A stretch of 64,000 bases of DNA from Candidatus Omnitrophota bacterium (lineage in GTDB: Bacteria; Omnitrophota; Gorgyraeia; JAFGGP01): the NCBI GenBank assembly GCA_016930485.1, contig JAFGGP010000013.1, positions 25,157 through 89,156 on the forward strand, given 5' to 3'. The notes beneath the pieces are model-generated. The model searched no databases and had not been told where the DNA came from. It saw only the letters and a program-made list of their open reading frames with translations. Made by a program: the position numbers and the translations under genes. This document shows positions 49,795-59,526 of the stretch, piece after piece (within the stretch, counting starts at the first letter, position 1; the number at the start of each line of letters is the position of its first letter).

Positions 49795-51885
49795 ATGGAA
49801 AAACAATTCGAAGTGCTATTAGGTAACAAGGCAATAACTATTAAAACCGGAAAGCTGGCGAAGCTTGCCGACGGAGCGGTGTGGGTACAGCAGGGCGGGA
49901 CTGTTGTGCTGGTAACCGCGGTCTGTTCCCGGGAGATCAAGGAGGGGACTGATTTCTTCCCCTTGACGGTCGATTACCGGGAGAAGACATACGCAGCCGG
50001 AAAAATACCCGGGGGGTTTTTTAAGCGCGAGGGAAGGCCTACAGAAAAAGAAATTCTCAGCGCCCGGCTGATCGACCGTCCCATCAGACCTCTTTTCCCC
50101 GATGGCTTTCGGAACGAGCTGCAGATTATGGCCTCTGTATTATCGTCCGACAGCGAATACGATGCTGATGTACTGGCTGTCCTCGGTGCCTCGTGTGCGC
50201 TGATGGTCTCTGACATCCCCTTTGAGTACCCGATCGCCGCATGTCGTATTGGCAGACTAGACGGCACATTTGTCTGCAATCCGACCTTTCAGGAGCTGGA
50301 GAAGTCTGATCTTAATGTAGTTGTTGCGGCAAACAGGGAAGGCGTGGTTATGATAGAGGCCACCCTGTCAGAGGTTTCCGAGGAGGATTTGTACGAGGCA
50401 ATACAGTTTGGTTTTGCTGCAGTTCAGCCGCTGGTTACACTGCAGACGCGGATAGCAGAAGAGACGGGTAGAAAAAAGCGGTGCATCGACATCGGCGCTG
50501 TCAATACAGAGATTGTTGCTGAAATAAAGCCACATTCCGAAAAAATCAAGGCGCTCCAGTTTCTCCCAAACAGGGAGGACCGGCAAAAGGCACGGCAGGA
50601 GGTCCTTGATATACTCAAAGAAAAATACAAGACAGCAGAAACTCCCGAAGAGCTGATAGGCGAAGACGATATAATGCAGGCCTATTATCACATTGAAAAA
50701 GCCGTGGTTCGGGATATTATGCTCAAAGAAAAAAAGAGGGTCGATGGGCGGGAGTTTACCGCAGTCAGACCGATCACCTGCGAAGTGGGTGTGCTGCCCC
50801 GGACGCATGGTTCGGGGCTGTTTACCCGGGGCGAGACCCAAAGTCTCTGTGTCACCACGCTGGGGACCAGTTCCGACGAACAGCAGGTTGAGGCGCTGGA
50901 GGGGGGGAGCTTTAAAAGTTTCATGCTTCATTATAACTTTCCTCCGTTTAGCGTTGGCGAGGCGCGCCCGGTACGCGGTCCGGGAAGAAGGGAGATCGGG
51001 CATGGGGCATTAGCCGAAAAGTCGCTGAAACGCGTAACCCCTCCGAAAGAGGCGTTCCCCTATACCATCCGGCTTGTTTCCGATATCCTGGAGTCGAACG
51101 GTTCATCGAGTATGGCTACAGTCTGCGCCGGAAGCCTTGCGCTTATGGATGCGGGGGTGCCTATCTCTGCTGCGGTCGCCGGGATTGCCATGGGCCTTGT
51201 TTGGGAAGGTGATAGGTGGGTTGTATTAACCGACATCGCCGGTGCAGAGGACCACTATGGCGACATGGATTTCAAGGTGGCCGGGACGCGCAAAGGGCTG
51301 ACGGCGATGCAGCTTGATATTAAAATAACGCACCTGACGGGTGATATCATCAGCACCGCCTTTCATCAGGCAAAAAAGGCCCGCCTGGAAATACTGGACA
51401 GGATGGATGCGGTTATTGAGAAACCGCGGGCTGATTTATCGGTGTATGCGCCCCGCATCATCAAGATTACAATTAACCCTGAAAAGATCCGCGATCTTAT
51501 CGGGCCCGGCGGAAAGATGATAAAGAGCATTATCCAGCGCACCGGCGCAACGATAGACATCGAGGATGACGGTACCGTATTTGTCGGCTCTCCGGATGAG
51601 GCGGCTGTCCGCCTCGCCCTTGAACTGATCGATGAGGTAACAGCTGAGGCGGAGGTTGGAAAAACCTATAAGGCCAAGGTAAAAAAGATTATGGCCTTTG
51701 GGGCCTTCTGCGAGATATTGCCAGGCACCGAGGGTCTGGTACATGTTTCCGAGCTCTCTGATAAATATGTAAAAAATGTGGATGATGTTGTTTCTGTCGG
51801 CGATGAAATAATGGTGAAGGTCATAGGAATCGACGACCAGGGGCGGATTAACCTAAGTAAAAAACAGGCAGACCAGAATACGTGA
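49795..51885 (+). CDS. pnp: polyribonucleotide nucleotidyltransferase (PNPase)
   Basis: It has two RNase PH domains, then KH (IGPGGKMIKSI) and S1 (GAFCEILPGTEGLVHVSEL) domains. The start is ATG 49795, or possibly 49786. Confidence 0.95.
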   Translation: MEKQFEVLLGNKAITIKTGKLAKLADGAVWVQQGGTVVLVTAVCSREIKEGTDFFPLTVDYREKTYAAGKIPGGFFKREGRPTEKEILSARLIDRPIRPLFPDGFRNELQIMASVLSSDSEYDADVLAVLGASCALMVSDIPFEYPIAACRIGRLDGTFVCNPTFQELEKSDLNVVVAANREGVVMIEATLSEVSEEDLYEAIQFGFAAVQPLVTLQTRIAEETGRKKRCIDIGAVNTEIVAEIKPHSEKIKALQFLPNREDRQKARQEVLDILKEKYKTAETPEELIGEDDIMQAYYHIEKAVVRDIMLKEKKRVDGREFTAVRPITCEVGVLPRTHGSGLFTRGETQSLCVTTLGTSSDEQQVEALEGGSFKSFMLHYNFPPFSVGEARPVRGPGRREIGHGALAEKSLKRVTPPKEAFPYTIRLVSDILESNGSSSMATVCAGSLALMDAGVPISAAVAGIAMGLVWEGDRWVVLTDIAGAEDHYGDMDFKVAGTRKGLTAMQLDIKITHLTGDIISTAFHQAKKARLEILDRMDAVIEKPRADLSVYAPRIIKITINPEKIRDLIGPGGKMIKSIIQRTGATIDIEDDGTVFVGSPDEAAVRLALELIDEVTAEAEVGKTYKAKVKKIMAFGAFCEILPGTEGLVHVSELSDKYVKNVDDVVSVGDEIMVKVIGIDDQGRINLSKKQADQNT

Positions 51886-52649
51886 GCGCATGGCAGGCGA
51901 TCATATCCGGAGCAATCCAGGGGCTGACCGAGTTTCTTCCTATCTCAAGTTCAGGACATCTAGTAGTCTCTCATCATTTATTTGGCCTAACGACCCCCCA
52001 GCTGGTCTTTGATATCTACCTGCATTGCGCTACCCTTATTCCTATATTTGTCGTCTTCAGAAAAGACATCGCAGCTGCATTGAGGAATGTGGATGGCCTG
52101 GGCGTGCTTGTGGTGATAGCGACATGTGTGACGTTTCTGGCGGCACTACCGTGTAAACATTTTTTTATCGAGGCCTTCCATAATCCGCGTTTGGTCGGTT
52201 GCATGCTCGGAATAACCGGGGTACTTCTTCTGACGACCGCGGTCTTCCAAAACCGGAAGCGCGCCGGCAACGCATCGTCAAAAAAAATCGGGGTTCCCCA
52301 GGCAATCATAATCGGACTGGTGCAGGCCTGTGCTATTATGCCGGGCATCTCCCGGAGCGGGGCTACAATCGCAACCGCACTTCTCTTGGGCAGTTGCCCC
52401 ACAGAGGCGGTGAGATTTTCTTTCCTATTGTCAATCCCCGCTGTCATAGCGGCGGTTGCCTGGTCCTTAAAGGGTGCCGGCGACGGCGGTATTCATCCGA
52501 CCGCGCCGTATATCTTTGGTTTCATTGCGGCCTTGGTTACCGGATGGATTGCCTTACAGATAGTTATTATGAGTGTAGAACGAAGAAAACTTCACTTCTT
52601 TGGCATCTACTGTATAATACTAAGCGCAGTGATTGTCGTTTCCGTGTGA
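51882..52649 (+). CDS. uppP: undecaprenyl-diphosphate phosphatase
   Basis: Motifs include EFLPISSSGHL and PGISRSGATI, with eight hydrophobic segments. It has a GTGA overlap with pnp. Confidence 0.9.
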   Translation: MSAWQAIISGAIQGLTEFLPISSSGHLVVSHHLFGLTTPQLVFDIYLHCATLIPIFVVFRKDIAAALRNVDGLGVLVVIATCVTFLAALPCKHFFIEAFHNPRLVGCMLGITGVLLLTTAVFQNRKRAGNASSKKIGVPQAIIIGLVQACAIMPGISRSGATIATALLLGSCPTEAVRFSFLLSIPAVIAAVAWSLKGAGDGGIHPTAPYIFGFIAALVTGWIALQIVIMSVERRKLHFFGIYCIILSAVIVVSV

Positions 52650-52653
52650 TTTC

Positions 52654-54969
52654 ATGACTAAATATGCGAACGAAATTTTCGGGGTTCTTTTTTTGGGCGT
52701 TGCCCTCATATGTTTGCTGAGCCTTGTTTCCTACAACCCTAACGAGCTCCTCTGGCAGACATTTCCGCCAAGCGAACCGATCGGAAACATGGTTGGCATG
52801 CTTGGCTCCTACCTTGGCTGGGCCTCACATTTTCTTTTCGGAAAGACGTCGTATCTGATACCCTTTTTACTTCTGGCCTGGGCGATAGGGCGCTTTATTC
52901 ACAAACCGCCGCAGCCGTTTTATATGAAACTTTTTGCAACGGTCTGCGCCCTTTCGACAGCAAGTGTCGTTATGTCACTTAGCATGTTCGACTCCGTGGA
53001 ACGGGCGGTTCAGTCGGGGGGGCTGGTCGGCATTGTCCTTGCCAAAGGTATCGTAACCTATACTGGCGTACTTGGAGGTATTATTGTATTAGGGACTCTT
53101 TTTGTTTTGTCTTTTTTTCTTGCCAGTGAATTTACTGTTGTGCAGATTCTTCAGGGCACAACGCGGTTTTGCGTCGGAGTCGCACTTCTTCTCAGACAAA
53201 TCGTAGCCCATATGGCGGGGCACATGGCAGGCGTTTTCAGACGGGGCGAAGTGAGCCGGCGACAGGGCCGTCAGTCACCACAGAGCGCCTCGCCGCGGAT
53301 CAGTTCCACCTATGTCCCTTCTGGAAGCGGCAGAACCTCTGAACAAAATGGCGGCGAGGCACGCGACAGACAGGAGAGACCGACACCAACAATACAGATT
53401 GCCGACTCACCAAAGGTGACGACTAAAGTACTTGACCGGGCAGACGGCCTTCTTAATAAAAAAACGCAGCAGCCACCACAAAAGAAAAAGACATCCCGCG
53501 AAACGAAACAGATACGGCCAGGGGAATACACCCTGCCACCGCTCGATCTCCTGCTCTCGCCTTCGCAAGACTCTGCCGGTAGCAAAGTAAAAGAGGACCT
53601 GGAACATTCGGCGCGCGTGCTCGAAGACACACTTCGTGATTTCGGCATCGAGGTGGACTGTGTTAACGTAGACCGAGGGCCGGTCATTACCCGTTATGAA
53701 CTGCAGCCTGCCCCTGGCGTCAAAATCAATCGAATCACAACACTGAGTGATGATATTGCACTCGTTATGAAGGCGGCGAGCGTCAGGGTGGTTGCCCCTA
53801 TTCCTGGAAAGGGATTGGTAGGGGTTGAGGTGCCAAACTCAAAAATTGCGCTTGTCTGTTTACGCGAAATACTTGAAGATGAAGAATTTACAGAGTCGCC
53901 GTCAAAATTAACCCTTGCCTTAGGAAAGGACGTAGGCGGTCAAACCGTCGTGGGTGATTTGGCGGATATGCCGCACCTCTTGATCGCGGGCACCACCGGA
54001 AGCGGGAAGACGGTATGTGTCAACAGCATCATCACCAGCCTTCTCTACAATACAACCCCCGATGAACTCAAGTTTTTGATGGTGGACCCAAAAATGGTGG
54101 AGTTGGCGGTATTCAATCAGCTGCCCCATTTACTCTGTCCGGTACTGACCGAGCCCAAAAAAGTAACCCAGGCATTGGAGTGGGTAGTTCAGGAAATGGA
54201 GCGCCGGTATCAGCTGCTGGCACGCGTCGGGGCACGAAACATCAACATGTTCAACGAAAAGGTAGAAAATAATACTGTAGCACTCGATGATGAATCAGGT
54301 GAGCCCATCGGACAGCTGCCGTATATAGTGATTATTATCGATGAGCTCGCCGATCTGATGATGATCGCTCCAAAAGAAATAGAGACTACCATAACCCGTC
54401 TCGCTCAGCTTTCGCGTGCGGTAGGCATTCATATGATCCTCGCCACACAGCGTCCCTCGGTAGATGTGGTTACCGGTGTTATTAAGGCAAATTTTCCTGC
54501 GCGCATATCGTTTAAGGTGGCCTCAAAGGTAGATTCCCGCACGGTATTGGATATCAACGGCGCCGATAAACTGCTGGGAAAGGGTGATATGCTTTTTCTC
54601 AAACCAGGCCATTTTAAGCCTATACGCGCTCAGGGATGTCTGGTAAAAGACAGTGAAATTGACAAGGTGGTTGATTTTATAAAGGCCCAAAGAGATCTCA
54701 GTTACAACGAAGAGATCTTAAGTGCCCAATCGACGGGGGCCTCATCGCGAAACATAGAACGGGATGAACTGTATGATGAGGCAAAAAGGCTGGTTATTAT
54801 CACCCGGCAGGCCTCCACATCCATGCTACAGAGACGGCTCGGACTGGGTTATACCCGTGCCGCACGGATTATGGATGCCTTGGAGGAAGAGGGTATTGTA
54901 GGCCCTTTCAAGGGCAATAAACCGCGGGAAATTTTTGTTACCGATTTCGAGGGGAACGAGAGTGACTGA
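52654..54969 (+). CDS. ftsK: DNA translocase FtsK
   Basis: It has N-terminal TM segments and a Pro/Gln/Ser-rich linker. The motor domain carries HLLIAGTTGSGKTV and IVIIIDELADLMM. The C-terminal winged-helix gamma domain carries STSMLQRRLGLGYTRAARIMDALEEEGIV. Confidence 0.9.
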   Translation: MTKYANEIFGVLFLGVALICLLSLVSYNPNELLWQTFPPSEPIGNMVGMLGSYLGWASHFLFGKTSYLIPFLLLAWAIGRFIHKPPQPFYMKLFATVCALSTASVVMSLSMFDSVERAVQSGGLVGIVLAKGIVTYTGVLGGIIVLGTLFVLSFFLASEFTVVQILQGTTRFCVGVALLLRQIVAHMAGHMAGVFRRGEVSRRQGRQSPQSASPRISSTYVPSGSGRTSEQNGGEARDRQERPTPTIQIADSPKVTTKVLDRADGLLNKKTQQPPQKKKTSRETKQIRPGEYTLPPLDLLLSPSQDSAGSKVKEDLEHSARVLEDTLRDFGIEVDCVNVDRGPVITRYELQPAPGVKINRITTLSDDIALVMKAASVRVVAPIPGKGLVGVEVPNSKIALVCLREILEDEEFTESPSKLTLALGKDVGGQTVVGDLADMPHLLIAGTTGSGKTVCVNSIITSLLYNTTPDELKFLMVDPKMVELAVFNQLPHLLCPVLTEPKKVTQALEWVVQEMERRYQLLARVGARNINMFNEKVENNTVALDDESGEPIGQLPYIVIIIDELADLMMIAPKEIETTITRLAQLSRAVGIHMILATQRPSVDVVTGVIKANFPARISFKVASKVDSRTVLDINGADKLLGKGDMLFLKPGHFKPIRAQGCLVKDSEIDKVVDFIKAQRDLSYNEEILSAQSTGASSRNIERDELYDEAKRLVIITRQASTSMLQRRLGLGYTRAARIMDALEEEGIVGPFKGNKPREIFVTDFEGNESD

Positions 54970-55795
54970 TACCGAAGCAACGTCGATCGTAGGTGCGAAA
55001 CTGAGATCGGCGAGAGAGTCGAAAAAGATAACCGTCGAAGAGGCCTCGAGTACGACAAAAATCCACAGAAATATTATCGAGGACCTTGAGGCCGACACGC
55101 TGTCCAGGCGTTTAAACGATGTCTATGTACGAAGTTTTTTGAGGCGATACAGTTCTTTTCTTGGCCTTGATCCCGATCAGATGCTGCATGAATATTTTTC
55201 TGTACACGCATCAGCCAAACAGGAACCCAAACTGCATATCGGTATTCAACGGTTAACGAGCAAATGGCAGGACCGATTGAAGCTTCCCGGAAAGATCGCC
55301 ATCATAATAGTGGCAGGTATAACCTTTTCTTATTACCTCTATTTTTTTGGTGTTAAATCAGTGCGGGAACATTTGCATCACTGGCGCTCAACCCGGCAGC
55401 CGGCACGAATGGTGAGGAAACAAGAGCCTCTGCGAGATAGACGGGTTTCACCTCAGAAGGTGTCCCGAACAAAGGATGCCGTGCCGCAAACACAAGAGGG
55501 GGCACCCCCGAAGAGTTCACCATTTCCCATCCCGCAGGACCAGCCAATCATCCTCAGTATCGCCGCCCGTCACGACTGCTGGATGCAGATAAAAGCGGAT
55601 AGTCAGGTAGTATTTCAAGGGATTCTCTCAGAGGGAATATCCGAAAAATGGCAGGCGGTCGACGGCTTTGAGTTGTGGATCGGAAATATCGGCGGCATTT
55701 CGGCCACCGTCAATGGATATGATCTCCCGGAGTTTGGAAAACCAGGCCGAGTCGTCAAGGGATTAAAAATAACCCGCCAAGGCGTACAGCGCTGA
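54962..55795 (+). CDS. RodZ-like cytoskeleton-associated protein (HTH + TM + DUF4115-like C-terminus)
   Basis: The N-terminal HTH is GAKLRSARESKKITVEEASSTTKIHRNIIEDLE, followed by one TM (IAIIIVAGITFSYYLYFF). The C-terminal beta-rich block is CWMQIKADSQVVFQGIL...ELWIGNIGGISATVNG. The GTG start at 54962 is inferred. Confidence 0.65.
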   Translation: MTDTEATSIVGAKLRSARESKKITVEEASSTTKIHRNIIEDLEADTLSRRLNDVYVRSFLRRYSSFLGLDPDQMLHEYFSVHASAKQEPKLHIGIQRLTSKWQDRLKLPGKIAIIIVAGITFSYYLYFFGVKSVREHLHHWRSTRQPARMVRKQEPLRDRRVSPQKVSRTKDAVPQTQEGAPPKSSPFPIPQDQPIILSIAARHDCWMQIKADSQVVFQGILSEGISEKWQAVDGFELWIGNIGGISATVNGYDLPEFGKPGRVVKGLKITRQGVQR

Positions 55796-55803
55796 GAGAT
55801 TCC

Positions 55804-57186
55804 ATGGCTACGCATCCCCGCCAGAGACGTACCCATCATGCAAAGTCCGCAGCGGTAGCTTTCATCAGTCTCGGTTGCCCCCGCAATCTCGTCGATTCCG
55901 AAATACTTATTTCTCTTATTAAAGATCATCACTATCGGTTTGTTGAGGAGCCCGAACAGGGAGATATTATTATCATCAATACGTGCACCTTTATCCAGGA
56001 GGCTACTGAAGAGACGATCGATGTTATCTTAAAGGCGGCTGCCCTGAAAAAACAGGGACGCACAAAAGGCGTTATCGTCTACGGTTGTTTTAGTCAGCGT
56101 TACAAAGACAGGCTCCGCGCGTTACTCCCCGAGGTGGATGCCTTTCTGGGGGTTGACTGTTTTGATGAACTCCCCGGCGCCATCGAGCAGGTGCTACAGG
56201 GCAAGCAGTGCGCGATTTTTTCTGATCACAAACGCGCTAAAGGATATACGCTGCCAACCCCGGTCGAAAGGTCATTGACGCAACCTCACATAGCCTATCT
56301 CAAGATATCCGAAGGCTGCCTTCACCGATGTACGTTCTGTGTTATTCCGGATATCAAAGGACCTCATCGATCCCGCCGGATGGAGGAGATTTTAAAAGAG
56401 GGGCAGTTTCGTATCAGGGAACAGAGTGTTTCAGAACTTGTTATCATTGCACAAGATACATCAACATACGGTATCGACCTTTATTACGACCGGGCACTAC
56501 CCCGGCTTTTGCGTTCACTTGCCCAGATGGCCTTACATAAGATGTGGATTCGGGTGTTGTATCTGCACCCGGAGGGCATCAGCGATGAACTGCTCAGAGT
56601 CTTCGCAGAGTATCCCCAGCTGTGCAGGTATATCGATATCCCCATCGAACATGCCAGCGATCATATACTGAAAAGGATGGGACGAACCTACAACAGACAG
56701 TTTCTTTATACGCTCATTCGTAAGATACGCGATACGCTGCCGGGGGTTTTTTTGCGAAGCTCGGTTATTGTGGGTTTCCCGGGAGAGAGCGAAGAGGACT
56801 TTGAAGAGCTTCGCCGCTTTATAGCAGACATTTCCTTTGAACGTCTGGGGGCGTTTATGTATTCGAAGGAAGAGGGTGCCGCCGCCAGCCTGCTAGAGAA
56901 TCAGATCCCGGAGAAGACTAAGCAAAGGCGCCTTGATGAGGTGATGCGCCTCCAGCAGGAGATATCGCGACAGACCTGCGCGCGTTTCATGGGAAGTGAG
57001 ATAGAGGTACTGGTGGATGACTATGTAGCAGGGGAAAACCTCCTGCTGTGCCGGAGCGAATTTGATGCCCCGGAGGTGGATGGCCTAGTATTGGTAAAAA
57101 ACACCGAGGCCCTTCCAGGGGAGTTTATAACCGTACGTCTCGTCGATACCCTTGAGTATGACCTGATCGGCGAACGGGTGAGATAA
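55804..57186 (+). CDS. rimO: ribosomal protein S12 methylthiotransferase
   Basis: The N-terminal UPF0004 Cys motif is FISLGCPRNLVDSE, the radical SAM cluster is EGCLHRCTFCVIP, and a C-terminal TRAM domain is present. Confidence 0.85.
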   Translation: MATHPRQRRTHHAKSAAVAFISLGCPRNLVDSEILISLIKDHHYRFVEEPEQGDIIIINTCTFIQEATEETIDVILKAAALKKQGRTKGVIVYGCFSQRYKDRLRALLPEVDAFLGVDCFDELPGAIEQVLQGKQCAIFSDHKRAKGYTLPTPVERSLTQPHIAYLKISEGCLHRCTFCVIPDIKGPHRSRRMEEILKEGQFRIREQSVSELVIIAQDTSTYGIDLYYDRALPRLLRSLAQMALHKMWIRVLYLHPEGISDELLRVFAEYPQLCRYIDIPIEHASDHILKRMGRTYNRQFLYTLIRKIRDTLPGVFLRSSVIVGFPGESEEDFEELRRFIADISFERLGAFMYSKEEGAAASLLENQIPEKTKQRRLDEVMRLQQEISRQTCARFMGSEIEVLVDDYVAGENLLLCRSEFDAPEVDGLVLVKNTEALPGEFITVRLVDTLEYDLIGERVR

Positions 57187-57188
57187 AT

Positions 57189-57788
57189 ATGACGCCCGAG
57201 GGGATCCGCTCATTTATTGCGATAGAGTTACCGGGACAGGTAAAGGACGAACTCACGCGCCTGCTCAGCATACTGCGCACGACCCGCGCCGACGTCAACT
57301 GGACGAGCGCCCAGCAGATGCATGTCACGCTTGCATTTCTTGGCTCCGTCAAAAAGGAGACGATAGACGGGGTGACAGGGGTGCTCTACAGGATATCACG
57401 AAGCGCCCGGCCGTTTTCGCTGTGCATCGGTAAGATAGGCGCGTTTCCAAAGCCGGCATATCCGCGGGTGGTATGGGTTGGGATAGACAATCCTGATGGG
57501 GGCCTGAGCGATGTGGTGGACGCCCTCGAAGAGGCGCTGGAAAACCTCGGTTTTTCACCTGAAAAACGGCCATTCACTGCCCACGTAACCCTTGGCAGGG
57601 TACGCAGCCCCAGGGGCAGAAAGGAGTTGGTGGGGGCGCTGACAAAGGCGTCGTTTTCCTCTTTAAGCCCGTTTTATGTCAACTCGCTCGTTCTGTTTCA
57701 GTCAACCCTCACTCAAAAGGGCCCATTGTATACCCCGCTGGCAACGGCCCTTTTAGGCGGTAATGCCCGAGGTAAGCATGAGATATAA
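57189..57788 (+). CDS. thpR: RNA 2',3'-cyclic phosphodiesterase (2H family, LigT/ThpR)
   Basis: It has two HxT motifs (HVTLAFLG, HVTLGRV) with the expected spacing. Confidence 0.8.
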   Translation: MTPEGIRSFIAIELPGQVKDELTRLLSILRTTRADVNWTSAQQMHVTLAFLGSVKKETIDGVTGVLYRISRSARPFSLCIGKIGAFPKPAYPRVVWVGIDNPDGGLSDVVDALEEALENLGFSPEKRPFTAHVTLGRVRSPRGRKELVGALTKASFSSLSPFYVNSLVLFQSTLTQKGPLYTPLATALLGGNARGKHEI

Positions 57789-58811
57789 CCGGGCACAGAC
57801 ATTGATAAAAACCGCTACCGCGATATCATCACCCATAACACCGATGCTTCCCGGGGCACGTTGAATAAGCCCGAACCACCCCGGCTTTGTCATATCCAGC
57901 AGGCGGAATAAGACAAAGAGGACAATAGCGATTGACACTGGACCCCGGATTCCCGCCAAGACTATAAGCATGCCGCTTGTCTCGTCAATTACGATCCTCT
58001 GAGAGTCCTTCTCACGCAGCGCCTTTTCCGCCTTCCCGCAGACCAGAAATCCGCTCAAGGTCACCATGAACGCCACGACCAGATAGGCCGCACCGGTCTC
58101 TCTCATAAAAAACCATATAGCCAATCCGACCGCCGACCCCATTAATCCAGGTACCTTGGGTATATAACCGATCCCGCATACGGTGGCAGCACTCTTAATT
58201 AGCCCATCCATTACGGAAACCGTGTCCCGATTTCGAATAAGAAAACGCACCCCGGAGAAAAGGGTCAGCGCCACTGTAACAAACATCATGTACGAGATAC
58301 CGATGCGGATAGGTTCCCCCAAGGCAGCTGGAAAGACCCCCTTATACGCAACGACGGTTTCCCTGACACACAAAAAAAGCAGAATAGCGAGAATCGAGAC
58401 AATTTGCGAGACCGTCTTGTGCTTACCGCTCCGGGAGGCCGGAAGGGCCTGATCACTGGAGAGGGCAAACAGGCGAATGCCTGTGATTGCTGCCTCCCGA
58501 ACGGCGATAAGCAAAACCATCCAGAGAGAAACGAGCCGCAGGTATGCAAAGGAAAAAAAGGCGGATAATACCAATACTTTATCGGCAACAGGGTCCATGA
58601 TAATTCCAAAGTTCGATATCTGTCCTCTCTGCCGGGCCAGCCTCCCATCCAGAAGGTCTGTAATCGAGGCTGTGATAAAAAGGAAAAGGGCGATATATTT
58701 ACTAAGGGCACCGGCAGAAAAAAGGAATATCATAAAAAAAACGGTCAGCGCTATGCGTGATATGGTCAGGATATTTGGTAGACTCATCATGTTTGCTGCA
58801 GATAGTGTCAC
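57753..58811 (-). CDS. fusion of CDP-diacylglycerol--glycerol-3-phosphate phosphatidyltransferase (PgsA) and phosphatidylglycerophosphatase A (PgpA)
   Basis: The N-terminal half has the CDP-alcohol phosphotransferase motif DLLDGRLARQRGQISNFGIIMDPVADK. The C-terminal half has PgpA-like motifs (GYIPKVPGLMGSAVG, IVIDETSGM, FRLLDMTKP). The GTG start forms a GTGA overlap with cinA. Confidence 0.8.
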   Translation of the reverse strand: MTLSAANMMSLPNILTISRIALTVFFMIFLFSAGALSKYIALFLFITASITDLLDGRLARQRGQISNFGIIMDPVADKVLVLSAFFSFAYLRLVSLWMVLLIAVREAAITGIRLFALSSDQALPASRSGKHKTVSQIVSILAILLFLCVRETVVAYKGVFPAALGEPIRIGISYMMFVTVALTLFSGVRFLIRNRDTVSVMDGLIKSAATVCGIGYIPKVPGLMGSAVGLAIWFFMRETGAAYLVVAFMVTLSGFLVCGKAEKALREKDSQRIVIDETSGMLIVLAGIRGPVSIAIVLFVLFRLLDMTKPGWFGLIQRAPGSIGVMGDDIAVAVFINVCARLYLMLTSGITA

Positions 58812-59386
58812 GCAAGGTAAGAACCAAGGAAATGAAGCGCCTTCCTGGTTGCTTTTTGTTTTACCTGCGTCCTGGTTCCGCTAAAAATACATCTATGTGA
58901 TTTACACCCCTTAATCCCGCTTATTGCGATATACACAAGTCCGACCGGCTGTTTCGCAGTCCCGCCGCCAGGCCCGGCAATTCCGGTTATGGCAATACCG
59001 ATATCTGCTTTGAGCAGCCTTCTGATGCCAGCGGCCATATACACTGCAACGTCCTTACTGACAGCGCCTTTTTTTGCAATCGTTTCTCTGGGGACCCGTA
59101 ACAGCCTATGTTTAATAGTATTATGATACGCAATAACCCCGCCCAGAAAAAAACAGGAGGCCCCTGCCAGATTGGTTAGTGTATCGGCGAGGCGGCCCCC
59201 AGTGCACGATTCTGCAATCGCAAGTGTGGTTTTTGTTTGAGCCAATAACCCAAAGACACCCTTTTCCGTGAATGGCGCACCTTGTTTTTTATAAAGAGAA
59301 TTCGTGCCAGTTATCTTTTCAGGCCTTTTCATATCAGCTTGCTTCTTTCCATGTTTCCACGCGTACTTAACGATGGTATTATACAC
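58808..59386 (-). CDS. CinA C-terminal domain protein (PncC-type nicotinamide-nucleotide amidohydrolase)
   Basis: Motifs include LAIAESCTGGRLADTLTN, GGVIAYHNTIK and GIAITGIAGPGGGT. No N-terminal MoCF/MoeA-like CinA domain is present. The start may be further downstream, at M19 (59332). Confidence 0.8.
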   Translation of the reverse strand: MYNTIVKYAWKHGKKQADMKRPEKITGTNSLYKKQGAPFTEKGVFGLLAQTKTTLAIAESCTGGRLADTLTNLAGASCFFLGGVIAYHNTIKHRLLRVPRETIAKKGAVSKDVAVYMAAGIRRLLKADIGIAITGIAGPGGGTAKQPVGLVYIAISGIKGCKSHRCIFSGTRTQVKQKATRKALHFLGSYLA

Positions 59387-59526
59387 GAATCCCCGTCCAA
59401 TATCTATTTTTCCTTTGAAATATACCCTTCTCTATGTATAATGAGCAATACATGAATAGGCCTCTATAGGAGCAAACGGCAAGTATATGCAGCCACACAG
59501 TGACGTGTTCACTAAGGAGGTGTGTT

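Noticed and set aside
50368-51003. A 211-aa minus-strand ORF, plus other ORFs, lies antisense or out of frame within pnp.
   Set aside because: PNPase domains are continuous on the + strand. The alternative frames give low-complexity sequence.
52199-52657. A 152-aa + strand ORF lies in an alternative frame of uppP.
   Set aside because: uppP motifs (FLPISSSGHL, PGISRSGATI) are in the annotated frame. The alternative frame is Arg/Gly-rich with no motifs.
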